This document shows positions 42,551-57,039 of a stretch of DNA of 64,000 bases, piece by piece. Below the pieces are notes generated by a model. That model worked only from the letters and a program-made list of their open reading frames with translations, made no database searches and was not told where the DNA came from. Positions within the stretch are counted from its first letter, which is position 1, and every line of letters starts with the position of its first letter. Source of the stretch: Octopus sinensis (taxonomy: Eukaryota); NCBI RefSeq assembly GCF_006345805.1, contig NC_043001.1, positions 62,310,001-62,374,000 of the forward strand. The letters are read 5' to 3'. Position numbers and translations under genes: made by a program.

Positions 42551-43990
42551 CACTGGTTCACAGAGAAATTGAGGCAAACATAAAAATAGTTGCTCCAGCC
42601 TAATTTTGGGATGCTGATTTCAGATACAAAACCAGTTTCCACTCATCACTTCTAGTTTTTGAGATATATATTGTTATGATTTTGCATCAATTCCCGTAAC
42701 CATATATATGATCAAACTTTATTTTGTTTTCCAGATTTTTGTGACACATATCTCTACAATGGCTTCAGGTACTTCAAAATACAGGATGCATCAACAAGGC
42801 AAATTTATTCTGCTACATGTTGGGGGATTTCACAACAGTTGTACAGCACCAAACAATTACTTCCCTCCTGAAAACTGCTTACTTTCATTATTTTGACTGT
42901 AAAATTGGAGATCAGGACAAATCCTGGACCCCACATCTGTTGTAAACCCTGCTACAATGGACTAACTGCATAATTTAACAGCAAGAAAGCAGCCATCAAC
43001 TTTGCTGTCCCAATGGTCTGGAAAGAGCCACGAAGCCATGCAGATGATTGTTATTTCCCCACTCAAGATCTCCTTGTTTCTACACTCCCAGCAAACAAGG
43101 ATCTTCTTCCTTCATCAGATGAAGAAATGCCTTCAGAGGAAGATTCTGCCAGGTCAATCTCTTCTGAAGACAATGTCTTTATTTATTCAGGAGCAAGTGA
43201 CAATGACCCCCACTGAATCATGCAGGAAGACATGAATGACTTTGCCGTGATCTATGCAACAGTCAGAGCTCCTGGCATCCTAGCTTAAGCAGTGGAACCT
43301 GGTCAAGGCAGATGTAAGGATCACCAGTTTCAGGACATGGAACCAGAACTTTGCTTCATTCTTCGACATGGAAAAGAGGTTGTGCTACTGCACAAATGTC
43401 TCTGGCTTGTTCACCTTTGGTTTCACACACAATTCCACAGACTGGCATCTTTTCATAGACTCTTCCAAGCAAAGTATGAAGGCTGTGCTCCTGAACAATG
43501 GGAATACTTACCCCAGCATTCCCATTGCCTACTCAGCCCACCTGAAGGAGTCATATGACAATATGGAGCTCTTTTTGGAAGCTGTCAAGTACAACCAGTA
43601 TCAGTGAAGTCTCTCTCGGGACCTCAAGGTCACTGAGCTCCTTATGGGTGTGCAAGCAGGCTTCACAAAATACTGTTGCTTTCCCTGTCTCTGGGACAGT
43701 TGAGCTGTGTCCAAGCACTATAAGCGGAAGGATTGGGGATCTAGGAGCACTTTTATGCTTGGTGAACAATGTCCAAGAAAATCCTCTGGTGGACATGAAC
43801 AAGGTGCTTCTTCCTCCTTTTCATATCAAGCTTGGTTTAATGAAGAATTTCATGAAGGCCATGGACAAAAATGGTACTGCCTTCCAACATTTGTGCACCG
43901 TTCTCAGCTCTGTATCTACTAAGCTCTAGGAGTGCATCTTCATCAGACCTCAGATCCAAGAGGTGCTGAAGGATAAGGACTTCTTACTTT
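42551..43990 (+). mobile_element. Chapaev3-like (CMC) DNA transposon remnant, 3'-truncated
   Basis: TTA then CACTG terminus; GDQDKSWTPH..C..C, PMVWKEP..HADDCYF, IDSSKQSMKAVLL, GDLKV, KYCCFPCLWD, PPFHIKLGLMK. Family assignment from recalled motifs. Confidence 0.7.
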
Positions 43991-44153
43991 GAAGGAATTG
44001 AGAACATGGGAGAGCATATATATATATACACACACACACATAGATATATACATATACACATACATATGTAAAAGACTTTCTCACTCCCCGAGCGTTAAAC
44101 TAATACATCTGTTTGTTGTTTACACACCCATCTTCATATTTTTTTGTAAATAT

Positions 44154-44204
<51 letters not shown>

Positions 44205-44505
44205 CATATACATATATACATATATATATATACATCATCATCATCATCATCATCATCATTTAGCGTCCGTTCTCCATGCTAGCATGGGTTGGACGGTTCA
44301 AATGGGGTCTGTGAAGCTGGAAGGCTTCATCAGGCCCAGTCACATCTGGCAGTGTTTCTACGGCTGGATGCCCTTCCTAACGCCAACCACTCCGTGAGTG
44401 TAGTGGGTGCTTTTTACGTGCCACCCGCCCGCATATACATATACACATACACAACGATATATATATATATATATACACAAGATATATATATATATATATA
44501 CACAC

Positions 44506-44554
<49 letters not shown>

Positions 44555-44601
44555 ATATGCAAAGATATATGTATATATATATATATATATATATACAAAG
44601 A

Positions 44602-44666
<65 letters not shown>

Positions 44667-45127
44667 AGTATATAAATACATAGTGAAACTAATAGAAATG
44701 GAACTAATCTCTATATATAAAACTGAAATGCGTTTTTACCGCTTGGATCGCTTTCAATGCCACTACATCCCGTCCGATTCGCTCCAAAATTTACAGGGAC
44801 ATGTAGAATGAGGTGACGAAGCTCGTGGACTACCTTAGAAATCCCTATCTTAAAAGGTGTGGTTGCTAGGGGCCATCTTCCTCACTCACGCTATTTCCTC
44901 CAGTACCCTCCCACTCCTCTTCATTTATAACTTTCACAATTCCACTACCATTATTTAAAGTATCTGTCACTCTCGCTATTTCCTCTCTTTTTCACTAACT
45001 CTGTTTCCTACCTTCCCATCACTTCGGCGGCGTTCTTTTATGTATCTGTCTGTCACGAACAACACACGAGCATGAGAACAAATATTATGAATCAGATATT
45101 CTTGCGTTCATTTATGTGTGTGTGTGT

Positions 45128-45285
45128 TCTATATATAAATATGTATAAATAATGTATGTGTGTGTGTGTGTGTGTGTGTTCTATATATAACTATGTATAT
45201 ATAATGTATGTGTGTGTTCTATATATAAATATGTATATATGTATGTGTGTGTGTGTGTGTTCTATATATAAATATGTATATATAA

Positions 45286-45316
<31 letters not shown>

Positions 45317-45660
45317 TCTATATATAAATATGTATATATAATGTATGTGTATGTGTGTGTTCTATATATAAATATGTATATATAATGTATGTGTGTGTGT
45401 GTGTTCTATATATAAATATGTATATATAATGTATGTGTGTGTGTGTTCTATATATAAATATGTATATATAATGTATGTGTGTGTGTGTGTTCTATATATA
45501 AATATGTATATATAATGTGTGTGTGTGTGTGTGTCTTCTATATATAAATATGTATATATAATATATGTGTGTGTGTGTGTTCTATATATAAATATGTATA
45601 TATAATGTATGTGTGTGTGTGTGTGTGTTCTATATATAAATATGTATATATAATGTATAT
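45128..45660. repeat. Minisatellite, 12 units of TCTATATATAAATATGTATATATAATGTAT(GT)n
   Basis: Units counted by eye; spacing varies with (GT)n length. Confidence 0.92.
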
Positions 45661-45958
45661 ATACAAAGTGTATATATCTGTATTTATGTATATTAAACTT
45701 TTTCATACTTTTTCATAGTTATATATATTTTTAAACAAATTATAAATATAATTTAATAATTTTTATTTTCAATTTAAATAATTTAAATTTTTCAATTTTA
45801 TATTTTATATATTTTATATATTATATTTTTGTTTTTGGTTTTTCACTGTTTGATTTGCCTATTAGTGGTTTTATCTCTAATTTAATTTATACAGATATAT
45901 ATCTCATTTGTATACATTTGTATATATAATGCGTGCGTGCACACACACACATATATAT

Positions 45959-45997
<39 letters not shown>

Positions 45998-46799
45998 GTG
46001 TGCATTATGTAGTCGGTCGATTCAGCTGAAAATATGCACACCTATGTTAAAAGTGCTGGCAAGTTTGCATGACTACTATTTTTTTCCTCAAATGAAAGGC
46101 GTCACCTCTAGGACAAAATTCCTCATCTTATAAAATGTGGCCCCAGTAGACCCGAATGAAATCGGGTTATATTAACCAAAATGTGAAAAGGGGTCTAAAT
46201 GGGGCTGGAAGGGGATTAAAATTTCAAGGAGCGGGTGTTTAGGAATTCTCTGTTACATCAAGCTAAAAAATTTGCGCCAGCCTTTTAATTGTCAATGTGT
46301 TGCCGTCCATGATAAAGAAGTTTTGAATGCTTGCCATGGTGAGTCTACTGTCGTGAGAAAGAATCACTTCAAAACTTGATGTTTACGAATTTTCTTTTAC
46401 ATCAAGTTCAAAATTTTACGCCAGCCGTTAAACTGTCACTACGTTGCTGTCCGTCGTTAACAAATGCCAGCCATGGTGACTCTACTATCCTCAGATTTTA
46501 TCCCTTCAAACTTTGGTTTCCAATATTTTATTATTTTTATTCAGCTCACAAGTTCGTCTGTCCCTTTTAAATGTTAGCGTTTTGCTGTCTGCCTTGAAGC
46601 ATTGCCACTGCCTCATATTTCTGATTGATCTTTCTAAATATTTTATTTCTCAAATTACTCAAGATGTTCTGTTGTTTATAAATGGGAGAGAGATAGATAA
46701 AGATAGAGAGTAAGAGAAAGCGAGGGAGAGTCCGAGAGAAAAGAAAAGTAAGAGAGTGGGAAAGTGAGCGAGAAAGGAGAGAGAAACAAATACGGAGAA

Positions 46800-47095
46800 T
46801 CATCATCATCATCATCGTTTAACGTCCGTTTTCCGTGCTAGCACGGGTTGGACAGTGTGACTGGGGTCTGTGAAGCCAGGAGGCTGCACCAGGCTCCTGT
46901 CTGATCTGGCAGTGTTTCTACAGGTGGATGACCTTCCTAACGCCAACCACTCTGTGACTGTAGTGGGTGCTTTTTTCATGCCAGGGGGGCTCGCAGCGGC
47001 AACGAACGGTTGGTGCTTTTTACGTGCCACCGGCACAGAAGCAAGTCAAGGCGGCGCTATAATCAGCCATGTTCGGATGGTGCTTTTTACGTGCT
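46800..47095 (-). mobile_element. Short retroposon / RTE 3' UTR copy
   Basis: Shared tail and internal motifs. Confidence 0.8.
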
Positions 47096-47160
47096 GAAAG
47101 GAAGCACAGAAAGTAACAACCACACTCTTACCCACGCGTAGAGCGGGTCACCTTCAGCTA

Positions 47161-47239
<79 letters not shown>

Positions 47240-47244
47240 ATATA

Positions 47245-47525
47245 GTGGAAGTATTAATAGTGAAACTTAAAACTGAAAGTATAATCTCACATTACAATAG
47301 ATATGTTTTGTTTCAATTTTGACACATAATACTGAAATAGTGTAAGAGATAAGAGATTCCTCAGGGCTCACATTAGGCAAGAAGTTGAAAATTTTGGGGG
47401 CTCATAACACTGCATGGATCCTAAGTAAGGCATGTGTAAAATTTGAATGAAAATTGTTGGGTAGTTCTCGAGTTTTACTGATGCACACATAGAGACAGAC
47501 ATCCTTAGTTTTATATATATATAGA
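47245..47525 (-). mobile_element. Helitron-like 5' fragment
   Basis: A^TCTATATATATATAAAACTAAGGATGTCTGTC; no 3' hairpin/CTAG seen. Confidence 0.5.
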
Positions 47526-47529
47526 TGAT

Positions 47530-48115
47530 TTGATTTTATATTTTTTCAAATTTACCTAGTTTTTATATTTTATTTACCTGTAATTTTAATTTATCTGCAA
47601 GGTACATGACAAAGTTATCAATTTATACTGTGAATCATTATTGTATGTTTCTGTACATTTATGTATATTTATTTCATTTAGTTACTGGTATGTGTATTTC
47701 ATTTTCTAGTTTTCTTCAACGATAAATTCCAGTATTTCATTCTATTTTCACTTTTACTACTACACCTGTCTTACATGCATTTAAGTGCAACTGATAATCC
47801 AGTAATGTACACAATTCTTTGGTATTAAAATTTTGTTGTATACCTAACTGAATATTAGCTAATAACTCATTTACTATGCTGATGTTTACACAAAACTGAA
47901 TAATTTTATATTTAGTTGAATTTATCTGTAATTATAGTCTGTTTGAGACTAAAATTTGTTTATGAACCTCTTAAATTGTGTTCCAAAAATTACAACGTTG
48001 ATAAATAAAAACAAATTGTTTTATGAAACCAGTTTAAATTCACAATTATTTTAGAATTTAATTGAAACACATAAGGCATGTATTTTGGTCAGAAATACAG
48101 TAACAAAAGGATTAA
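47530..48115 (+). mobile_element. Decayed right end of the piggyBac derivative family at 23390-24803
   Basis: tattttggtcagaaatacagtaacaaaaggattaa matches tattttggtcagaaatatagtaacgaaagggttaa. Confidence 0.7.
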
Positions 48116-48169
48116 GAGCAAAAGCAATAGTGCCATTCATCAAATTAAAAGCAATCAGTTTAAAACTTA

Positions 48170-48418
<249 letters not shown>

Positions 48419-49089
48419 CTATATCATCATTATCGAATGTCCGCTTTCCATACTAGGATGGGTCGGACAGTTTGACAGGAGCTAGCCAGGCATGACAAAA
48501 AGGCAGAGGAGAAGAAACATGTCTTACTGCAGAGGACGTATGTGGTTATGTGGCCAGAGAGAGGGAAAGATCAAGAATGAGGGCAGTGTGCTGCTGTAAA
48601 GGAGATGCATGGCTACCCAGCCTGCGGGAAGAGCAAGAGAAAAAGAGAGAGAGTGGGGAAACAGCAAAAGAGAATTGGTGGCAAAGTGCTGAGGCATACT
48701 TACAAGGAACAGGGATCAAAATAAAAATGGGATGGCATACCCTCAAGGTATGGAGATCACAATATATGTGACAGGGTATTGCCAAAGAAGCAATACCAAG
48801 GGTACTGACTGGTTAAAACCTAGGTATACAGAGGGAACTACAGGATACCAATGATACAGTAAGCCAGGCCATGAGGACAGGATTAGAGAATGAGAGATAA
48901 GCCTAGTGCATGAAGAGGAAATGTGAAGAAGAGATGTAGTTTGGTTTGTTGGAGTAGGGTATGTGGAAAGTTTTATTGTTACATGTGGGTGGGTGGAACA
49001 CAGTGCTTCTAGAACTCAGTTTCGCTGACATGGAATACTGGAATTTATGGTTCTAGAACTCAGTTTTGCAGACATGGGTGGGTCTTCTC

Positions 49090-49855
49090 AAGAACCTCAC
49101 ATTGCTAGATATCTCAATCCATTGTCATATCCTCCAAGAGGCCCAACAACCCGAGATCAGTCCTCACCACTTCATCCCAAGTCTTTCTGGGTCTCCTTCT
49201 TCCAAGGGTACGATCTACTTTCAGTGTTTGGCACTTCTTTATACAGCTGTCTTCATTAATACATATCACATGTCCAAAGAGACCACGAGATAACAAAGTA
49301 GGGGACCTTGTCAAAAGCTTTCTCCGGGTCAATGAAAGTTAAGTACAATGGCTTACTTTTGACCAAATACTTCTCCTGCAGCTGTCTCACTAGGAAGATG
49401 GCATCTGTGGTACTCTTTCCAGGTACAAAACCAAACTGCATCTCATGTAGTTTAATTCTAATCCTAATCAATTGAGCTATAACTCTCTCTGTAACTTTCA
49501 TGACCTGGTCCAGCAGTTTGATACCTCTGTAGTTTTTTCTATCTAAGGCATCACTTTTACTCTTGTAGCAACTAACTATAATACTACTACACCAGTCATT
49601 GGGAATGGCACCTTCCTAAATAACCTGATTAACTACATGGGTGACTAGGCTGTATCCTACACCACCAGATATTTTAATCATCTCTGTAGTGATTCCTGAT
49701 GGCTGACGGACTTTCCTGGTCTTCATAATCTTCATTGCTTTATTTATTATGTTGCTATCAAATCTGATGGCTGGTCCCTCAAATGGTTTCCTATTTGAAA
49801 GACTCTCCTTCTCCCATGCATTTTCCACATTTAGTAACCTTTCATAGAGACACTT
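49090..49855 (-). mobile_element. Decayed, internally deleted RTE LINE
   Basis: MQFGFVPGKSTTDAIFLVRQLQEKYL..EKAFDKVP; GRRRPRKTWDEVV. Confidence 0.85.
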
Positions 49856-50011
49856 CTATGTCTGATCTTAATAAACATATTGAAATACAGTTTTTAAAAA
49901 ATCAACTTTTTTATGGCAACATTTTATGATTCAAGTATTTGCATGTTTAATCTCATAATAGTTTTGCTTTCAAGCAAATATCATTTAAACAGAAGTAGAC
50001 AAATATGTTTA

Positions 50012-50146
<135 letters not shown>

Positions 50147-50459
50147 TTACAAAGAGTACTCTTGACTGTGTGTACCAATAGTAAAAGTAGTTTCATCTTT
50201 GCAAATCTGTTGATACATAAATAGGTCTATCTTCTCAGTGGTGCTATATCATCTATAAACTCTGAGTGTACAAATGTAAAAAAAACTGTATGAAATTTCA
50301 AAATACCAAACCGTTTAGGATCAAAACAATGTAAAATTAACTAGTTAATCACAATGCATAATATTTTTTCTCCGAATTTTGTGAAAAATAAGACCAATTT
50401 TTATATAAATTTATTTTCAACTCATTTATTCATCAGTGGCTCAAAGAAAATAGAAGAAA

Positions 50460-50900
50460 GAAGCATGACCACTTAGAAAAAAGAAATGACTTGCATATTG
50501 CTGACTAGTATAAAAAGTTATAAGATGTTCCAGAGAGATGCAGCAAAGAAATTGGCATGTTCTGAATCCCAAATATTCAGACTGAAATAACAGGAGCATG
50601 TTAATCCAATGCCAATCTAATTGTAAAAAAACATTTAGGCAAAGATCAAGAAAAGATGCTGCTAAAGAGGACATTACCCCAATGGTTCAGTAAAGCCAGA
50701 CCCAAAGATATTCCACTATATGGACCAACTCTGTCAGAGAAGGCCAAAAGTTTAGCAGAGCATTTAAACAAGAGAGTTTAATTCTGCAAATAATTTTTTA
50801 TCCAAGCAAAAAGTGCTGCTGATAACTGATAGTCTTGATTTTTTTCAATGCAGACAAAACTGGATAGTACAACAGAGCCTTCCTAGATGTTACTCAAGAC
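50460..50900 (+). mobile_element. Highly decayed pogo/TIGD-like remnant
   Basis: QRDAAKKL, WFSKAR..DIPLYGPTLSEKA, NADKTG-like segments in broken frames. Confidence 0.4.
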
Positions 50901-52039
50901 AGAGAAAATAAAGGGAAACAAAAATGCTAAAAATTACCATAATGAAGATTTTTTAACATATCCAAAATTGATAAAAGAAAACTATTAGCCATCCATCCAT
51001 CCATTCAAATTCTCTATCTACTATTCCTAGAAGTGTTACTGGGGTAGAGTCCTCAGCATTCTATCAGAAGCAGCTGTCATTACACTTCCTGGCTGAATTC
51101 CCAAATGTGGCTAACTGAGATTATGGATATTATCTAACCATCTCATTATTGGATTACTCCAAGGTCTTCTACTGGTTGGTTAGACTTGAAGAATATGTCT
51201 TGCAATTCTTTCCTACAACATTCTAATCACATGTCTGTAGTACCAGAACTATAACTTCTGAATGTGAGGAAGCAGAAGCTTGACCTGGAGAGACTCACTG
51301 ATCTCCAAGCTATGCACCCTGTTGAATAATGTTTCTCTAGTAATCTAAAGAGCATTTATTTCTTATTTGTAGCTAAAAATTTCTGGAAATTGATAAAACT
51401 GAAGTACTGGGATGTCTTTGTTGTTGTGAGAGGTCCTTATTTGTAAATGTAAAAATCTACATTGGGTACAAGAGCACAGAACAGCATATTCCACAGTTTA
51501 GGTTAATGGGGTTGCAAGGGAAAAATAGGTCATAATGTTTAAATGGTTAAATATGAATATCTTGGTTTATTTAATCACTTTACACAGCAGAGATAATTAC
51601 CTTTTTTAGCAGGTCTCATAACTTTCCAAACTTGTTTCACCTTCACTTCTTTCACAGTTTAATATGCTTTAGATAGGATGAACCAATTTATGAGTGCAAT
51701 TATTAACACAGATAAGATCCTAATGCCACAAGAAATACTGTTTATTCTATACAATAAATATCATCATCATTCTTACATCCACTTTTCCATGCTTGCATTT
51801 GTCACAGTTCAAATATTTTATGGCCCTTCCTGTCACCAAACCCCACCCTTGTTTCCAAGCAAAGCAATATTTCTCTATCACCAGACAAGTTTGCATAGAA
51901 GATTGGAAACAAAGGACAGCACTTGTATGACAGTGACACTTATTGCATGATATCAAGACAGAGCCAATAACATACAACATTCTTTCAGTTTTCATCTACC
52001 CAATCCACTTACAAAACTCTAATTAGCCTGGAGCTATTG

Positions 52040-52400
52040 TGGAGGTGCAATGGCCCAGTGGTTAGGGCAGCAGACTCGATTCCCAGACCAGGCGTTGTGA
52101 GTGTTTATTGAGCAAAAACACCTAAAGCTCCATGAGGATCCAGCAAGGGGGGGGCTGACAAACCCTGCTGTATTCTTTCACCACAGCTTTCTCTTACTCT
52201 ATCTTCATGTTTCTGTTGTACCTGTATTTCAAAGGGTCAGCTTTATCACACTCTGTGTCACGCTGAATCTCCCCCAAGAACTACGTTAAGGTTATACGTG
52301 TCTGTGGAGTGCTCAGCCACTTGCACATTAATTTCACGAGCAGGTTGTTCCATTGATTGGATCAACTGGAACCCTCTTCATCATATGTGATGGAGTGCCA
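52040..52400 (+). mobile_element. Second tRNA-SINE family copy
   Basis: Head tggcccagtggttagggcagcagactcg..attccc with A-box-like motif; B box partly deleted. Confidence 0.5.
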
Positions 52401-52574
52401 CTTGATTGTAGAAGACACTTGCCAAGGTCCCACCCAATGGGACAGAAACCAAAATCATACGGTTGAGAAGCAAACTGCTCAACCCCATAGCCATGCCTGT
52501 GCCCAGCCATCTATCTTCCAGACATAAGAAAGCATTACTGAATTAGATACTAGTAGAAGTTTCATAATATTCTA

Positions 52575-52781
<207 letters not shown>

Positions 52782-53343
52782 TTAAATTAAAACATAAAAC
52801 ATACTTAAATAAAGTCACACTGTTTTTAATTAAATTTATTGTTAAATAGAGATAGTTTTACAATATTTTTACAGTTCCATGATCTTCTATATCAGTGAGT
52901 ATATAGTCTTCAGAAAACCTAATGCATAAATATTCACAAATGAAAAAAAGCACATTTTTTTTATATGTCTATGAATATGATTACTTTCCTGCAGTTTTGG
53001 CATTTGCAAATGTTAGAGCAAATGAGTTTACGACAAAAACAGCTTTTCTCTTAACACAAGTCCAAACATGATCATAGGCGACTACTGGTCTTCCATAAAC
53101 AACTTTACCCAGATTTGTGCCTTGGAGGGTAACTTTCTAAGTGCAATCCTATGGTCATTCATGACTGAGGAGGGTCTTTATCTTTTAGTACAGGTGGACC
53201 ATGCTGGGACACTGCCTTGAAGAATTTTTAGTTGAATGATGGGAAGATTTTTCTCAATACCTGAATGGTATATGGTTGTCACAGCAAACTCCAATTTAAA
53301 ATATAAAACATCGTTACATGTTCAGATACATAAATTAACTTAC

Positions 53344-53398
53344 CAATTCGTTCAATTCTAGTGACTTCACGTATTTCTTGAACTTTCTGCACAGTAGG
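53344..53398 (-). CDS. RUVBL2: RUVBL2 exon 2 (PTVQKVQEIREVTRIERI-G)
   Basis: ttctttag acceptor, gtaagt donor, 55 nt, conserved EIR.VTRIERIG. Confidence 0.95.
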
Positions 53399-54809
53399 CT
53401 AAAGAAATGATAATATAAAATTTCAAATTACTTACATAAACAAATACAAACTAAAATCTTCACATTCCTTCTCATACAGGTATCTATAAAGGTCTCTACC
53501 TTGAGATGATAGAAGTTTCCTGTTGTTTTCTCCTGTTCTCTTAACTACATCCCAACACCCTTAAAAAAACACAGACCAGCAAATGATGGTGGCATTATGT
53601 TCTATATCTCTCTTTTTAAATTATATTTCACTTGTAAGCTTTCCAGAATGTGCTTAGCTTTGAAGAAAGAAATTAACTATCTTACAATTTTTTTTTTTTT
53701 AAGAGACACACTTGTGGGGAAGAGGAAGACCCAAGAAGACATGAGATGAATTAGTGAAAGCTAACCTCACAGAAAAGGTGACAATGGTCTGAGATGGTTG
53801 TGATATGATGTGCTTGAGATTCAGTCAAGCCATCTCTCACAACTCATCTTCTATCATCCATCCCTCCATCACTTTTCTAACTACAGCACAGCTAACTCAC
53901 ATTGTCTCCTTATTACTGTCCCTTATCACTTCTGCCTCTTCCCTGACCCACTCCTATTTCCTTTACTTTCCCACAAACTGATATTCATCATTGATCATAC
54001 CATTACTGTGTCTACCACACTCCCCATTTGTAACACTCCTTTCACACTCTTGTAAACTTACCCACCCACACTTTTTGTTCCTCTATCCTGATTATTTTTT
54101 ACATTCACCTTGTACCTTTAGGTATATCTCCATCTCTCTCTTTCCAGCTGAAGGAGCCATGAATCTTTTTGGCAAGATACCCGTTTCTGTCCTATCACAC
54201 TTTCACCTCCCTCAATACTATGCCTCCACTCAATCGAGACATCTTCTCTCGTGAGTTCTTTAGTGCTGATGCTACAAAAAAGTGCCCAGCATGCACTCTG
54301 TAAAATAGTCAGTGTTAGGATGGGGATCCAGCTGGAGTAACTATGCCAAGGTAGAAACTGGAACTTGACTCAGTCCTTTGGCTTAGCAGTTCCCATCAAA
54401 CTATCCAACCCAAGCTAGTATAAAAAAAACACATGAAACAATACTGATGGGTACAAATCTTTTCACTCTCAACATATTTGATGTCAGTGATGTCAGTGAA
54501 ACAAAACATTATAACCTTATTAAAATTTTCAGAAACTTGGCTTTTCCCTTCACAGTTAAAATTATGCTAGCAGTAATTTCAGTAATTCTTCAGATCAATG
54601 CTTCTCAAAGTAGGTGGCACTGAAACTGCTCCCCACCCACTGTGCCTCTGCCTGGTGATTGATGAAAAATTTTATATATGTACTAGGGACAAGAAGGTGG
54701 TAAACAGGTGAGAGAAGCATTTTTACAGTTTTTTATTCTGTCTCTTTGTCTCCTATTTAAATATTAACATTTCATGCTTGAATATTGTTGATTTTGGCTA
54801 TGGGTGTCA

Positions 54810-55190
54810 TCTTTATATATAAAAGTGAAGTTGTGTGTCTGTCTCCTACGATTTAGATTCCTAACTACTCCCACATTTTGCGGTGCAGTGTAACCAAAAG
54901 CGGGTATCTTATAGTCATGATTCATATCGAGCCCTTCTGGGTATTAGCATGAGTCTACGATTTAAAAAAAAATTTACCATCATTTTTCCCCATTTTTAAT
55001 GCATTTCTTTGCTATTATATAAGGGAAGTAACTCTCTAAAAATGTATTAAGTCTCAGAACGTAAAAAACTACAGTAACACCCCCCCCTTTGTGGTTAGCC
55101 ATATTGAGATAGCTATTATACTTTACATCTCTAAAAATGCTTATATAGTTATTTCCCTTACAAACCCGAGCAGCGCCGGGCGACTGCTTT
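54810..55190 (+). mobile_element. Short non-autonomous Helitron-like element
   Basis: A^TCTTTATATATAAAAGTGAAGTTGTGTGTCTGTC 5' end; 3' hairpin CCCG-agcagcgc-CGGG 55165-55180; CTAG degenerate. Confidence 0.65.
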
Positions 55191-55955
55191 TTTGTTAATA
55201 TATCACCTCATATGTGTAAAGAGATGTGTCAACTGAAACATGGGTACAGAAATCAATATATATGTGAGCAATAGGGATACAACTTTTTTGCAACTCCATA
55301 GTCCTATATCACATTCTGATGAGCTTTTGCTAGAAAACAATGAAAATCAATAGGTTCTTTTTTTTTCTGTATTTGATTTAAAAAGTTCACCCATAACTAA
55401 CTTTAAAATTTTTATGCTCGGTTGCATTTCAGTGAATTTCCAAAAAACTAGAACCCTGCTTGAATAATAAACAAAAAAGGGGAAAAGATCCAAAACGTTT
55501 AATCCATAACTGTTAAAAGAACTGTATTCTACATTCCAGAACAATAAAAGGGTAAGTCATATAAAGTCAAATTAGTCAATAGTCAAGTTGCAGCAAGTCA
55601 TTAGAGAGAATGAAATGCAATGGCAGGTTAGCTTTGTTTTTGCACAACCTTAATTGCTTGCTCACAGCAGTGATTGCTTCTGCTGATGTTTAGTTTTGAT
55701 GGCTCATTTCCAGTGATTTGTTAAGCATTTCAAAGCAGTCTTGTACGGTAGTAAGGCTTGCGATAGCTCTGCATAATCTTCAGCTCTATACATTTGGTCA
55801 TTGAACCAGTGGTCTGCCCAATTATATGAGATGAACAGGCAGACCATCTGCAATCTTCTCTCACATGTGGCATAAGGAAAAATGCAAGAAGGGATAACAT
55901 TGCTCACGAATTCCATGTGGCATTACTGATGTTTGAAATTTTCTGAAACTTGATG

Positions 55956-55988
<33 letters not shown>

Positions 55989-56033
55989 ATGTATAGATGT
56001 ATATGTATACATGTATATGTACAGATGTATATA

Positions 56034-57015
56034 TCTTCTCGATCTACATCTTGCTGACAAAACACTGATTCCAAAAAATGACCAGCTAAGCGAACTTAAC
56101 TTTCAACCTGTCATTTATATTCATATTTTTAAGCGTTGATTCGTAACCCTAAATCCCGTTTCTCTATCATTTATTTCGCCATCTTGTATACATGGCTTCC
56201 TGTCTGTCTTAAGATCATGCATTTTCAATCCCTCCTTTAATTTCAGTGTCATCCCGTTATTATTCCATTCCCCAGAATTCCATACAAAATATTCTCTCTC
56301 TCTCTCTTATTTATATTATGTTTTACTCGATTCCCGAAGTTTCTAGATGTTCAGTAATTTCTGTTGCAGAAATTCCCCTACGAATTAATTAAACCTGTTG
56401 TTCCTTCGTTGTTATTCTTTTCCCCCAGAATTCCCTACAAAATATTCTCTCTCTCTCTTATTTATATTATGTTTTACTCAATTCCCGAATTTTCTAGATG
56501 TTCAGTAATCTCTGTTGCAGAAAATTCCCTACGAATTAAACCTGTTGTTCCTTAGCTCTCTCTTTCCTCATGTTGCCACCTGATAACCCCCCACCCAACC
56601 CCTAACTCTTTATAAAGCAGTGTTCGATTTATCTCGTCCCTCTTCTCGATCTACATCTTGCTGACAAAACACTGATTCCAAAAAATGACCAGCTAAGCGA
56701 ACTTAACTTTCAACCTGTCATTCATATTCATATTTTTAAGCGTTGATTCGTAACCCTAAATCCCGTTTCTCTATCATTTATTTCGCTATCTTGTATACAT
56801 GGCTTCCTGTCTGTCTTAAGATCATGCATTTTCAATCCCTCCTTTAATTTCAGTGTCATCCCGTTATTATTCCATTCCCCAGAATTTCCTACAAAATATT
56901 CTCTCTCTCTCTTATTTATATTATGTTTTACTCGATTCCCGAAGTTTCTAGATGTTCAGTAATTTCTGTTGCAGAAATTCCCCTACGAATTAACTTAAAC
57001 CTTGTTGTTCCTTCG
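56034..57015. repeat. About 375-bp direct repeat with 607-bp period plus internal 140-bp sub-repeat
   Basis: 56034-56408 nearly identical to 56641-57015. Confidence 0.9.
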
Positions 57016-57039
57016 AGGTGAACCCGCCCTCCCACCCCT

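Larger units (their letters stand above)
44708..47161 (+). mobile_element. Non-autonomous Helitron-like element containing a minisatellite and a nested retroposon
   Basis: A^TCTCTATATATAAAA 5' end; imperfect GC hairpin 47130-47148 then CTAG^T at 47158-47161. Joining the two ends into one element is inference. Confidence 0.6.

Noticed and set aside
55560-55930. Possible DNA-transposase fragment (WNS..LAFFLMP-like) on the minus strand
   Set aside because: Too short and broken to assign a family.
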